Shown: positions 37,778 through 52,561, counted from the stretch's first letter. The stretch: 64,000 bases of DNA from Eledone cirrhosa (GCA_964016885.1 OZ024743.1:223882001-223946000); one strand, 5' to 3'. Numbers and translations: made by a program. Notes: generated by a model from the sequence alone, not told the origin.

Positions 37778-38450
37778 TAATAAATATCATAGTATCTTCA
37801 ATAAGAATGTCATCAAACTCTCCTTTTCTACTACCCCTAGCATTAGTTCACATCTTGCTAGCACGAATAATAAGAAAATTAGGGACGGCTACTGCTCTTT
37901 ACTTACTACTAATTTAAATAGTTCTATTAATAACGTACCACCCGAGCAGGACTTGTTGTCAAATAACCCTAGGAATAATATTTCGCGAAATGAGCTAATC
38001 ACTAATACCTGTAAGTGTAATTGTAGAAGAAGTAATAGCTGCCCTTTAAATGGTTACTGCCTCACTAAGAATATTGTCTATGCATGTGATGTTAGGACTA
38101 ATTCATCTTGTAAAACTTATATAGGCTCCACATCTAATACATTTAAAACGAGATTTAATTTGCATGTCTCTAACTTTAAACATATCAAATTTAAAAACTC
38201 AACTTCTTTGGCGCATCATATTTGGGATTTAAAAGGGACTGGTATACCGTACAGTCTGCATTGGCGTATTGTAGCCCATTCTAACCATTATTCCACCCAC
38301 GCTAAATTCTGTAATCTTTGCATTCTAGAAACCCATTGTATAATTTTCTCTAAAAACGTATTACTAAATAGAAAATCGGAAATCTGTTCATCCTGTCCAC
38401 ATGCTATCTCTAATTCCTTCTATTATAAACCTAAAAGCTCAGGTAGTTGA
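37776..38450 (+). pseudogene. Truncated duplicate of PLE linker and GIY-YIG endonuclease
   Basis: ORF 37953-38450 is almost identical to the C-terminus of ORF 42084-43658 (CNCRRSNSCPLNGYC, IVY..YIG, CNLC, CPH). Confidence 0.92.
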
Positions 38451-38497
38451 TTTTTCGGAATCTCACTTTGCTATTCTGGTTTGGACGTCTTGTCTAG

Positions 38498-39056
38498 ATA
38501 TTTTTATTTTTATTTTTATTTTTATTTTTATTTTTATTTTTATTTTTATTTTTATTTTTATTTTTATTTTTATTTTTATTTTTATTTTTATTTTTATTTT
38601 TATTTTTATTTTTATTTTTATTTTTATTTTTATTTTTATTTTTATTTTTATTTTTATTTTTATTTATTTTTTTTATTTTTATTTTTATTTTTATTTTTAT
38701 TTTTATTATTTTTATTTTTATTTTTATTTTTATTATTTTTATTTTTATTTTTATTTTTATTTTTATTTTTATTTTTATTTTTATTTTTATTTTTATTTTT
38801 ACTTTTACTTTTACTTTTACTTTTATTTTTATTTTTATTTTTATTTTTATTTTTATTTTTATTTTTATTTTTATTTTTATTTTTATTTTTATTTTTATTT
38901 TTATTTTTATTTTTATTTTTATTTTTTTTATTTTTATTTTTATTTTTATTTTTATTTTTATTTTTATTTTTATTTTTATTTTTATTTTTATTTTTATTTT
39001 TATTTTTATTTTTATTTTTATTTTTATTTTTATTTTTATTTTTATTTTTATTTTTA
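38498..39056. repeat. (TTTTTA)n expansion in PLE 3'UTR; the second copy at 43706-43910 is shorter
   Basis: Directly visible hexamer array. Confidence 0.97.
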
Positions 39057-40838
39057 TACTCTTTATGCTTCATAATATACCACTTACTCTTTTCTGTGAG
39101 TTATGGTATCTATATAGCATGGGGTCTTCTATAGCTGGACGTAAATACTTCATCACCATTGGCGAATTGATACACACACTCTCTTAAGCTGGTTGATATG
39201 TGTAAGTTTAGCATGAGTGGTTCTGTGGGTATAGGGTTTTGTATCTGTGGGTATATTTAGTAGATATATATTTTTTTTTGTGACTATGTATATGTGTGTT
39301 TTTTTTGTGACACATATATGTGTGTTGATTTTTAGTTATATGTATAACACAATTGTCTGTGGCGTATTCGTATTCATTAGCTGTTTGGATTCCTTATCAC
39401 TTTGGTTTTTTTAGTTCATTATTATTACTATTAGTTGTCTTCGGTTTATTGATTTATAGTTTTCTAGTTTTTTAGCTGATTTAGGCTATTTAGTCCCTTG
39501 TCCATTATTATATCTCTATCTTTATACTCATCCTTTGTCGACTTATATACTTCTACCTTTATATTCATCCTTCGTTGGAGTGTATCTTATTGTCTCCTTG
39601 ACTAACTAATAGTTTAATTTTAGTCTTCTACATCTACGGCTAATGAACCTCATTCTTTCTACACTTAATCTTTGCCTTATTGAATATATATATTATACCT
39701 TTATGTTCCATCTGGTCCTCCATAGTTTTACTTCTTTCTGTTCCTTTTTGTCCACCATAGTTTTAATTGGAATTTTTACTTTGGATAACGTCAGTCGTCA
39801 TAACGGAAATTAATATATTTTCGATGAATGTATTAGCTCATTTATTGGAATATCTTATTTTCTATCGGCATTAGTAACTTAAATTTTGTTCCATATGGAG
39901 TGCTCCATAATATCTATTTAACTTTTATAAAATTAATTATAATTAATAAGGGTTTCAATTCAATTTTTTTACTTTGAATAGTTGTATCATTAATTTTCAC
40001 CTAACAGTTTGTTGCGCCTACGCGATTTTGTGTTTGTGTTTGTTTTTGTTTTCGTTTTGTTTTGCTATGATATACTTTATTGCTTCTGTCTGTCTTTTCT
40101 ATCTTTTGTCACTTGTGTCGATGAATATATTAAGTAAATATGAGTTAAATCTTTCTCCCTTGCAATTATGTGTCTGGTATTGTAATATTAATATGTAATA
40201 TTATATGTATTTAAATTGCCTATATCTCTGTATATTTATTGTCTATTATATATATATATATATTTTTACCATACTTTATTTTATTTTATGGTATTATTTT
40301 TTACCCTGTGGAATACATTATGTTTTTATACACGTTTTGTTGACTTTGCATGGTACGTTGGAAGTATTTATATTTTTTTAATGTTAATATTTTTTTCATT
40401 GATTTTAATATTGTTTAATCACACCGTCAGGGTGATTATTCTATTATAGTGCTTATATTTATATATTTGTGTTAATATGTGTATGTGTAAATGTGTATAT
40501 GTGTGTGTATATATATGTGTGTGAGTGCGTGTATATATATATATATATATTAAATTTTATTTCTGTATTATATATTGCATTGTATTGTATATTATATTAT
40601 AATTTTTATATCTTATTTCTCGCATTATATTACTATGTTGTATTTCGAGTATTAGATTTATATTGTACTTTTAACGTGGATGTTTTAATGTTTGCTTGCT
40701 CTCTTGCCCTATAGTTTTTATTTACCAATGCACCCTGTTAAGTTTAACATGTCTTTCCATGATAATTTTCCTAAATATCCATTCGCTATTCTTCTGAATT
40801 TTGGCTTGTTCTAGCCGATGATATTTTTTGTCTTTTCC

Positions 40839-40883
40839 TTGCTCTGATGAGTCCTAATTAATGGGACGAAACATTGTCAGCAA
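40839..40883 (+). ncRNA. Minimal type I hammerhead ribozyme, intact core
   Basis: ttgct CTGATGA gtcc-taattaatg-ggac GAAA cattg TC agcaa, overlapping AATAAA; GUC cleavage triplet. Confidence 0.92.
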
Positions 40884-41101
40884 ATAAAGATTTTTAATGT
40901 ATTAAAGGCTTCTTTGTTAATTTATATAATTTTTCGGCTCTGTTTGATAACATTGAGCTATCTCTTATACTGTCATTTCTCTAATACGACGAGTGTGTTT
41001 GACTCTAATGCACTCAAGTAATTTTATCTTATTTCGGCTCCCTATTGGTTGAGCTTTATTCTATATACTGTTTTTTTTTGCCTTTATATACATCTGACAG
41101 T

Positions 41102-43658
41102 ATGCTAACAAAGAGCTACTTGCCTTTATCTCTGAAGAATATCCCCATCCCCTCTAGAAATACTTATGAAAAACTCTTGATTGCTAGCCTTAACTCCTTT
41201 GTAAAACGGATTAGATGGCGTGCATTCCATTTTGATAGTAATAGGAATATGATTAACGCCCGTGATAAAACTCCATTTGATAACTTCGGCTTCAAAACTT
41301 ATAAAAGTCCACCGCATAATATTCTACTGGATAGTTTTGAGAACGATTTACTTTCCCTTGTCAGAAATATTAAATATAAGCAGCGTAATAAATATGGGAA
41401 CTACAATAAATTTAGCAGGTTCCAGTCTAAACTTAAGAATATTGTTAAGGATTTTAAAGGGAATGAGTCTATACTTGTCCCAGCTGACAAGACTAAGAAT
41501 CTTTACTCTATGGATTATAATGCCTACCGTAATTTTATTTATAAGGAGCTACATAAAAATTACAAAAAAACAACGCAGGATAATTTGGATCAAATTAATA
41601 TTGAGGGTCTTAAGATAGTTTCGAATCTGGGTCTGGATAAATATACCCAACCATATTACCCTAGAGAACCGAGATTCACACTTAAGGATCATAAGGTAGA
41701 CTTTTTAAGTAATCCTACTGTTAGACTTATCAGTCCTTCTAAGTCTGATATAGCTATAATTAGTAAAAAAAATTCTTGACCAGATTATTCCTACCGTTAG
41801 GGACAAGATTCATTTTAATCTATGGGGGAATACTATGGATGTTATTAATTGGTTCTCTAGTATTAATAAGCTTAAGTCTAATAGGTTTATCCAGTTTGAT
41901 ATCGACGCCTATTACACGTCGATTTCACCTATCCTCCTCAATAAGGCCTTAATTATGACCATGCGAATGTCTAGTCTTACGTGACCCCAGACTGATGTTA
42001 TACTAGCGGCCCGTAGGACTATCCTCAAATTCGAGGATACACTTTGGACGCGTAAGAATACACCCAATAATGTTGACGTTACCATGGGTTCGAGTGATTC
42101 TACGCAGGTGACTGATCTTGTTGGGCTGTACCTCTTAAACGAGCTTTATGTTAGCTTTCCGCCCCTTAAAGGTGGACTTTATCGTGATGATGCATTATTT
42201 ATGATAAACTCTAGTACTAATAATATTGAACATAATAGGAAGAAGTTATATAGGTTTTTTTTTTATTTTAACCTTTCGATCACGATTGATAGGAACGATA
42301 GAGCAGTTAATTTTTTAGACGTGACATTAGACTTAGTTACTAATAATTATAAACCAATCCACAAGCCCAATGAGACACTCTCTTACGTCAATCCTAATTC
42401 CAACCACCCTAAATCTATGATTAGTTCTATTATTAACGGTGTATCCAATAGGATCTCCACACTCTCTAAAGGTGTAGGAATTTTTAACTCGCATGCTGAG
42501 TATTATAATAATTCCCTAGCTAACTCTGGTTACTCTGGTAGGCTACATTATAAAGATGACAACCTAGAAACGACTCCGATTACCCATAGTAACGTGATAT
42601 CCCACAATATGGCCTTTAATGGGGGTAGAAAACATAGGAATTATAGAAATTTTATAGATAAATCCAAACCACACCCTACAAATACCAACCGCAATAGTAA
42701 TTATAATAGTGTGTCTAATGGTACATATTGTGAACTTAGTTGTAATGGACAGGATAGACGCTCTGAACGTACACCCAGTGGTAATGTTATAGCGGTTTCT
42801 ACTCGTGTTAATTCAATTGGTCCTGACATAAACCCTGATCCTATGGGTACGATACATGATAGGAATAGTAAAGGTAAGAATAGGAGAAGGCTTAATACCT
42901 ACTTCAACCCACCATATAATTTTGATGTACTAACTAGTATCCCTAGGTCTTTCTTTTCTATTTTGGAGAAAAATTTCCCTCCTGCTAATAAATATCATAG
43001 TATCTTCAATAAGAATGTCATCAAACTCTCCTTTTCTACTCCCCCTAACATTAGTTCACATCTTGCTAGCACGAATAATAAGAAAATTAGGGACGGCTAC
43101 TGCTCTTTACTTACTACTAATTTAAATAGTTCTATTAATAACGTACCACCCGAGCAGGACTTGTCAAATAACCCTAGGAATAATATTTCGCGAAATGAGC
43201 TAATCACTAATACCTGTAAGTGTAATTGTAGAAGAAGTAATAGCTGCCCTTTAAATGGTTACTGCCTCACTAAGAATATTGTCTATGCATGTGATGTTAG
43301 GACTAATTCATCTTGTAAAACTTATATAGGCTCCACATCTAATACATTTAAAACGAGATTTAATTTGCATGTCTCTAACTTTAAACATATCAAATTTAAA
43401 AACTCAACTTCTTTGGCGCATCATATTTGGGATTTAAAAGGGACTGGTATACCGTACAGTCTGCATTGGCGTATTGTAGCCCATTCTAACCATTATTCCA
43501 CCCACGCTAAATTCTGTAATCTTTGCATTCTAGAAACCCATTGTATAATTTTCTCTAAAAACGTATTACTAAATAGAAAATCGGAAATCTGTTCATCCTG
43601 TCCACATGCTATCTTTAATTCCTTCTTCTATTATAAACCTAAAAGCTCAGGTAGTTGA
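41102..43658 (+). pseudogene. PLE polyprotein: reverse transcriptase + GIY-YIG endonuclease, with one frameshift and one internal stop
   Basis: SLKNIPIPS, PADKTKNLY, TLKDHK..VRLISPSKS, FIQFDIDAYYTSI, VTMGSSDS, LYRDDAL, NFLDVTLDL, SNHP, FNPPY, CxCx5C, IVY..YIG. Extra A in the A8 run at 41765-41772; in-frame TGA at 41982-41984. Confidence 0.93.
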
Positions 43659-43774
43659 TTTTTCGGAATCTCACTTTGCTATTCTGGTTTGGACGTCTTG
43701 TCTAGATATTTTTATTTTTATTTTTATTTTTATTTTTATTTTTATTTTTATTTTTATTTTTATTTTTATTTTTA

Positions 43775-43805
<31 letters not shown>

Positions 43806-45661
43806 TTTTTTATTTTTTTTTATTTTTTTTTTTTTTTATTTTTTTTTTTATTTATTTATTTTTTTTTTTTTTTTTTTATTATTTTATTTTTTTTTTTTTT
43901 TTTTTTTTTATACTCTTTATGCTTCATAATATACCACTTACTCTTTTCTGTGAGTTATGGTATCTATATAGCATGGGGTCTTCTATAGCTGGACGTAAAT
44001 ACATCATCACCATTGGCGAATTGATACACACACTCTCTTAAGCTGGTTGATATGTGTAAGTTTAGCATATGAGTGGTTCTGTGGGTATAGGGTTTTGTAT
44101 CTGTGGGTATATTTAGTAGATATATATTTTTTTGTGACTATGTATATGTGTGTTGATTTTTAGTTATATGTATAACACAATTGTCTGTGGCGTATTCGTA
44201 TTCATTAGCTGTTTGGATTCCTTATCACTTTGGTTTTTTTAGTTCATTATTATTACTATTAGTTGTCTTCGGTTTATTGATTTATAGTTTTCTAGTTTTT
44301 TAGCTGATTTAGCCTATTTAGTCCCTTGTCCATTATTATATCTCTATCTTTATACTCATCCTTTGTCGACTTATATACTTCTACCTTTATATTCATCCTT
44401 CGTTGGAGTGTATCTTATTGTCTCCTTGACTAACTAATAGTTTAATTTTAGTCTTCTACATCTACGACTAATGAACCTCATTCTTTCTACACTTAATCTT
44501 TGCCTTATTGAATATATATATTATACCTTTATGTTCCTTCTTGTCCTCCATAGTTTTACTTCTTTCTGTTCCTTTTTGTCCACCATAGTTTTAATTGGAA
44601 TTTTTACTTTGGATAACGTCAGTCGTCATAACGGAAATTAATATATTTTCGATGAATGTATTAGCTCATTTATTGGAATATCTTATTTTCTATCGGCATT
44701 AGTGACTTAAATTGTGTTCCATATGGAGTGCTCCATAATGTTTATTTAACTTTTATAAAATTAATTATAATTAATAAGGGTTTCAATTCAATTTTTTTAC
44801 TTTGAATAGTATCATTAATTTTCACCTAACAGTTTGTTGCGCCTACGCGATTTTGTGTTTGTGTTTGTTTTTGTTTTCGTTTTGTTTTGCTATGATATAC
44901 TTTATTGCTTCTGTCTGTCTTTTCTATCTTTTGTCACTTGTGTCGATGAATATATTAAGTAAATATGAGTTAAATCTTTCTCCCTTGCAATTATGTGTCT
45001 GGTATTGTAATATTAATATGTAATATTATATGTATTTGAATTGCCTATATCTCTGTATATTTATTGTCTATTATATATATATATATATTTTTACCATACT
45101 TTATTTTATTTTATGGTATTATTTTTTACCCTGTGGAATACATTATGTTTTTATACACGTTTTGTTGACTTTGCATGGTACGTTGGAAGTATTTATATTT
45201 TTTTAATGTTAATATTTTTTTCATTGATTTTAATATTGTTTAATCACACCGTCAGGGTGATTATTCTATTATAGTGCTTATATTTATATATTTGTGTTAA
45301 TATGTGTATGTGTAAATGTGTATATGTGTGTGTATATATATGTGTGTGAGTGCGTGTATATATATATATATATTAAATTTTATTTCTGTATTATGTATTG
45401 CATTGTATTGTATATTATATTATAATTTTTATATCTTATTTCTCGCATTATATTACTATGTTGCATTTCGAATATTAGATTTATATTGTACTTTTAACGT
45501 GGATGTTTTAATGTTTGCTTGCTCTCTTGCCCTATAGTTTTTATTTACCAATGCACCCTGTTAGGTTTAACATGTCTTTCCATGATAATTTTCCTAAATA
45601 TCCATTCGCTATTCTTCTGAATTTTGGCTTGTTCTAGCCGATGATATTTTTTGTCTTTTCC

Positions 45662-45706
45662 TTGCTCTGATGAGTCCTAATTAATGGGACGAAACATTGT
45701 CAGCAA
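45662..45706 (+). ncRNA. Minimal type I hammerhead ribozyme, intact core (3' pLTR)
   Basis: Identical to 40839-40883. Confidence 0.92.
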
Positions 45707-45780
45707 ATAAATATTTTTAATGTATTAAAGGCTTCTTTGTTAATTTATATAATTTATATAATAAATATATATATATATAT

Positions 45781-45842
45781 AATTGAAGTGAAAACAAACA
45801 GGTGCGTGTGTTTTTATTGCCAGCATGAGCCTCGCAAAGTAT

Positions 45843-45888
<46 letters not shown>

Positions 45889-45950
45889 ATACTTTGCGAG
45901 GCTGATGCTGGCAATAAAAACACACGCACCTGTTTGTTTTCACTTCAATT
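45781..45950. repeat. Near-perfect 170 bp palindrome centred on (TA)n
   Basis: aattgaagtgaaaacaaacagg...aaagtataacaa (TA)n ttgttatacttt...cctgtttgttttcacttcaatt; one mismatch seen. Confidence 0.95.
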
Positions 45951-45959
45951 TATTTTAAA

Positions 45960-47060
<1,101 letters not shown>

Positions 47061-47111
47061 TTTCCGGTTGTTTAGTTAGCTGGGTGCGATAACCGGATGG
47101 TTGTTTATATA

Positions 47112-47157
47112 TTATCAAACCTATTTCGTCACATATTCTGTGACATCTTCAGTCACT
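47112..47157 (-). ncRNA. Hammerhead-like motif (core and stem II intact, stems I and III decayed)
   Basis: Minus strand: CTGAAGA t gtcaca-gaata-tgtgac GAAA tagg TT. Confidence 0.62.
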
Positions 47158-48239
47158 GGATTTTCAATTTGTGTCTCTCCTTTGTTCAGTCCTACAGCAT
47201 CTTTAGAACAGAACAAAGGAGAGACACAAAATAAAAATTGACTGGCGGGTACCTTAGCCTTACGAATAATACAACCCTGAAGAGAAGAGTCTTACCTTAG
47301 CTCTGACCTGTACAAATGTATGGGGATATAGTGGGTGATGGCATATGTAGATTAAAATCTAAAGTCTGTCTCAAGATCGGAGGATCATTTGACCAGTACT
47401 TATCCCGGTTTCCTTGGTGTTATGTGACTGACTATGTCTGTCTATCTATCTATCTTGTGGTCATTCATTCTATCAGAGATAACAATCACATCTCTTTTAA
47501 ATCACACCCTACTTCGATTAAAAACAGATACATTGTATACTGTCGTCCTAGATACATAACATTATTCTCCAGCTGTTTACAACTACGAAGCAGCACCCAT
47601 CTCTTCATGACAAAGTGAATTGTTTCACTGATTATTAAACAACTGTTCTAGTGACTCAGTAAAAAACTGGTGCTAACCAACAATAGGCCCGTCAAAGTAA
47701 ATAATAGGTCCAGGTCAGAGGTGAAACGTAGGCTCAGTTTCAAACCGCTCAGGAAATATTTCAGTAATCTTAACTAAATACATATGGTTTGTGTATGGGC
47801 TACGGTATAAACATGCACATGTAGTGTACAATATATATACTTACGAGTAAGAGAACAAGTTAAAAGAACTAGAACTTGAGAAGTGCAACCCTGCTCAAAA
47901 TCGTAGGTTTATGCCAACTGGTTCATCTTATCTATCCTGATCAATGGTGCTGTATCAAGTCAAATTTAACCGGTTTTGACACTCCCACTTCGGGCAAGAC
48001 TATGCAGAAAAAAGTAGTTAACGCATGAGGCTGTCGGCAATGTTAAAGAAACAAAATAATATCGCTTTTACTGATTTCAGCTATTTACAGAGCCAGATTT
48101 TAATTGCTCTGGACATCTTTTGTAGGGAAATAAGCAATGAAAGATTAACTTGTGTCACGGAGTCAGAAAATTACAAAATATAAAACCCTATCGCTATGAC
48201 CACTTCCAATCACTTCCAATAAGTGATACGCGCTGTTAT

Positions 48240-48430
48240 TATTGGCAGTATCAGTAGAGAGTTGGATGCCATGTTTTGCCGCATAGAGTTACGTCCCTTT
48301 ATGGTCTGAGTTCAAATTCTGCCGAGGTTAACTTTGCCTTTCATCCTTATGGGGTCGATAAAATAAAGTACCAGTAATGCACTGGGATGATTGCTGGCCT
48401 TGTGCCAAAAATAGAAACAGTTATTGTTAT
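48240..48430 (+). mobile_element. SINE copy
   Basis: ttggcagtatcagtagag..ctgagttcaaattctgccgagg..tttcatccttatggggtcgataaaataaagtaccag. Confidence 0.88.
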
Positions 48431-49231
48431 TGATACATGTAGTTATTGTTACTTAGCTCCAGATCAACTTTGACTGACCAGCCGCGTGGTTAAAGGTAAT
48501 TCAGTTATGACAATACCTTCTTTTTTTCTTTTTTTAGTAGGACTACAATATCTAATATATCATCTTCGCATCTAATTTGAGGAAGAATCAGTTGTTATTT
48601 TGGGCAAGTAAAACTCCCTCGTTGAATCGGACAACCAAATTACAATTGTAAGACTGATCAGCTTTATGATTAAAAGTTGTGAAAATTCTGTTTTCATTTT
48701 GTTATTAGAACTGCAATCTCTTATGCCTTATTTTCGTATAAAATTATAATTTGAGGGAGATTTGGCTGCTATTTTTCGCAGATAAAATGAACATACCGAG
48801 GCTCCCTCGTAATCTCGGACAACTTAGTTATAAACGAAAGTGAAACGAGAAATAATATGATAATGGGCTTTTCGTTTGACGTTTATGTTGATAATTTATG
48901 TTCATTTCCTACTTAAACATCGCTAGAAGCCACCGTGACAACTGATATGAATTATAATATACCTGCAAATGCAACCGTTGATATATGTGCTACTGTGTCT
49001 ACGAATGTCTGTATGAATGTTAAGGGCATATAGTTCTATTAGTTCTTAATGTGTAGGTTTGTGTTATTATTGTATATGTGTGTGTGTGTATGTGTGTGTG
49101 TGTGTGTGTGTGTGTCATTGTGTTTGTATCAGTGTGTGTCAGTGGGTGCGTATGTGTGTGTGTGTGACATTACAAATTTATTTGCTTTATGTATGCATGC
49201 TGTTATGTATGGGTGTGTATTCGCTAATCTA

Positions 49232-52200
49232 TTTCAGCCTACGAGATGATTGGCAGATATCGAAGTTTGTTAAGGCTGGCGAATCATGGAAAAGAGACAC
49301 CAGCTGGTCTGAAAACACTGTACCCACAACAACTGACAATAAAGAAACTGAAAAAAATCTGGGAAACTAAATCAGAACAACCTGCCATCCCCTGCACATA
49401 ATCATAGACTGGAATCAAGGTACAAATTGTTGTCCTTGAATGCACGTAGTCTATGCAATAAGATTCATCTTTTTGACTCATACGTCAAAAGTATCAACCC
49501 GGACTTCATTACAGTCACGGAAACTTGGGTACATCCCTTACTCTGTGATGGGGTTTTCAGCATGACTGGCTACAACCTGTTTCGTAAAGACCGCATTAAT
49601 CGTCGTGGTGGTGGTGTAATAGTCTATGTTCGGTCAAATCTGTCGGCAATTACTTGTGCTGATTTGAACCAATCACAGCAGGAAGTTTTTTTCTGCGATA
49701 TACGTATGACCATGTCAACACTGCTACTTGGAGTCGTTTACCGTCCCCTAAATTACCATCAGGACACTCAACTTTGTGATATCCTCAGAGCTGCTGCCAG
49801 GAAGACAGCCACTTATGTTTTCATTGCAGGTGACTTCAATCACCCTGAGATTGACTAGGAGACCTTTCGTTGGCCGCCAAGTGCAAATGACTTCCTTGAG
49901 CTGGTGCTGGACTCGAGTTGGTCCTAGGTGGTCACCTCCCCAACGAGAGGTGACAACACTTTGGACCTACTCTTCACCACTACTCCTGAAACGGTCATTA
50001 GTGTTACTGCTGAGGAACCTTTAGGTGACTCTGATCATGCTATGATCATTGCCAATCTATCCCTCATGGGCAGTAACAAGAACCACAACCATCTCCAAAC
50101 TGCTCACTTTGACTGGAATAAAGCAGACTGGAACTGTTACTGCACCGAGTTGCAACGGCCAAACTGGCTTGAGTTCTACGACTCTGGAGATGTCAACACT
50201 GTACTCCAGAACACCCTGAGCTCAATATGGACAGCATGTGCAGCATCGGTGCCACGTAAGCGGAAAAAACATCCCAAAAGCGCAATTTGGGAGACTGCAG
50301 CAGTCCGTCTTGCCAGAAAAGAACGGCGCAATGCTGAACGTGAGTACAAACTTCACAAATCAGACATTAATAGGAAGAGGCGAAATATATCGTCCAACCA
50401 CCTCAAACAGGTGACAAAAAAGGCAGTGCTTCAATTTTAGCAGCGCATAGCAACCAGCCCTGACAGTAAGGTGTTCTGGAAGTATGTTCACTCAAAGCAG
50501 AGGCCTCATTCTCCAGTTGGTCCTCTTCGTAATCCCCACACAAGCCAGGTTACTGACGACCCCAAGGAATGCGCAGAGCTCATTGCTGAATGCTATGCAG
50601 GCATTTTCACTATTGAAGACCAGAGTGTACCATCTCCACCACCTATGACACCGGACTCTATTACAACCATGGAATTTACACCTGCAATGCTGTGACGTCA
50701 CCTAAAAAATAAACGCAACCATGCCTCTCCTGGTCTTGATGGTGTTACGTACCTGCTTCTTAAACGTGGTGGGTATTTCCTTCTACACCAGTTATCACGC
50801 TTCTTCCAATTCTGTCTGAACAACAGTGCTACTCCATAACAGTGGAAAACTGCCAGTGTCATTCCTCTGTTCAAAAAGGGTGACCGCACATCACCTGTGA
50901 ACTATCGTCCAGTCAGTCTTACTAGTTGCATCGCCAAACTGATGGAATTCTGTGTCAGAGAAACACTTTGGAACTTCTGGAGCTCTCACAGTCTTATCCG
51001 GCCCTCGCAATTTGGATTTATCCCCAACTCCAGCTGCTGTGATCAACTTATAGAGTTTCTTGAGGACATCACCCGGATCACTGATAGCGGCTCATGGGTG
51101 GATGTTGTTTACCTTGACTTTGCGAAGGCCTTCAATTCTGTGCCACACAAAAGGCTTATGGCAAAACTCTCTGCAATGGGTGTGAAGGATGATCTTTTTA
51201 ACTGGTTGAAGTCTTTCATTCTCAGTCGAAGAGAGGTAGTCCCGGTTCTGGGACAGCATTCCTCACCATATGAGATGTCATCTGGTGTACCACAGGGATC
51301 TGTTCTTGGCCCCCTTTTGTTTGTGGCATATATTAATGACATAGATGCCAACTTAAGGAATGCCACAGTACTAAAGTACGCAGATGACATCAAGCTGTAC
51401 TTTGAGATAAAAAGGACAGATCCTGAACACTATAGATCTTGCTTGCAGTCTGACCTGGACACAATGCAACAATGGATCTCAGACTGGCAACTCAAGCTAG
51501 CTGTGGACAAGTGCACCACCATGCATTTTGGGAGTAAAAACCCAGCGTCCACATACTCCATCCACAGCACTAATATCAAGAAGTCTTCCTGTGAACGTGA
51601 CCTGGGCATTACGGTCAGCAGCGATTTGCGTTGGACGAGGCACGTCTCTAAAATTGTCAAGAGGGCCGAGGGTGTCTTAGCATCACTCAGCAAGACCTTT
51701 GTCAGCCGCTCTCCAGATATCTATTTAAGGCTGTATACAGCTATGGTGCAGCCACACTTAGAATTTGCATCACCAGTCAGGAACCCCTATCTTGCTCAGG
51801 ACATTGACCGCCTGGAAACTGTTCAGAGACGTGCAACCAAGCGAATACCCTCCAACAGGCATCTACCATACTCTGAGCGCCTTGCTTCCCTGGGCATGGA
51901 TTCATTGAAGCTCCGACGCCTGGCAACTGACTTGGTAAACACCCACAAAATTGTTGACCATGTTGCCAACAACAACCCTGAGTACCTTTTTGATTTCCAT
52001 GTGTCTAACACCTGTGGACATGCCCACAAAGTAAGAAAACAGCACAGTTCCCATGACTTTCGGAAACATTTTTTCACGCTCAGAGTTGCTGAAGCATGGA
52101 ACAAACTACCTGCATCAGTTGTTAGCTGTCGAGACACTGCATCCTTTAAGGCCTCCATGCTTCCCGAGATCCGCTAACACATACACACATGTACTTCCCT

Positions 52201-52298
52201 GACATTTGTGTATTATTCTATGTACTATATTGACGAGTTGTAGTGCACCTGAGCACTTTACACAATAATTTCATTATCATTATCATTATCATTATCAT
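49232..52298 (+). mobile_element. CR1-like LINE, 5'-truncated in ORF1; ORF2 (APE + RT) broken by four nonsense codons in one frame; (ATTATC)n tail
   Basis: LNARSL, ITVTETW, RKDRINRRGGGV, VYRP, AGDFN, LDLLFT, SDHAMI; NYRPVSLTS, YLDFAKAFNSVPH, GVPQGSVLGPLLF, YADDIKL. Stops at 49856, 49925, 50438, 50693; tail at 52272-52298. Confidence 0.95.
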
Positions 52299-52519
52299 TT
52301 ATGCTTGTTAGTCTTGTGCCAAAAGTAGAAACAATTATTGTTATGTGCGAGCCTATATTTAAATGCATCCGTATGTTTGTGTGTGTGTGCCTATATTTGT
52401 GTATGAGGGGGGGGGCTCTATATTATGAATTTTTTGGTTTTTGACTGAGTTTGAATGTACAATTTGTATCTAAGTACTTTCGTATATGATAAAGAGTTAT
52501 GCATAAATGTCTGTGTAAA

Positions 52520-52561
<42 letters not shown>

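Larger units (their letters stand above)
37586..45765 (+). mobile_element. Penelope-like retroelement (Hydra-clade-like) complex insertion in (TA)n: inverted 5' pLTR piece, 5'-truncated copy, then full copy
   Basis: 37586-37777 is the reverse complement of ~40841-41031. 37776-40930 duplicates 42984-45750 (EN domain, ~2 kb 3'UTR, HHR). Full ORF region at 41102-43658. Confidence 0.95.

Noticed and set aside
41982-41984. In-frame TGA as selenocysteine, as in selenoprotein-encoding Naiad PLEs
   Set aside because: Single TGA in a variable RT region, not an evident Cys position. No SECIS recognised, the domain order is not Naiad-type, and a CGA>TGA transition is simpler.
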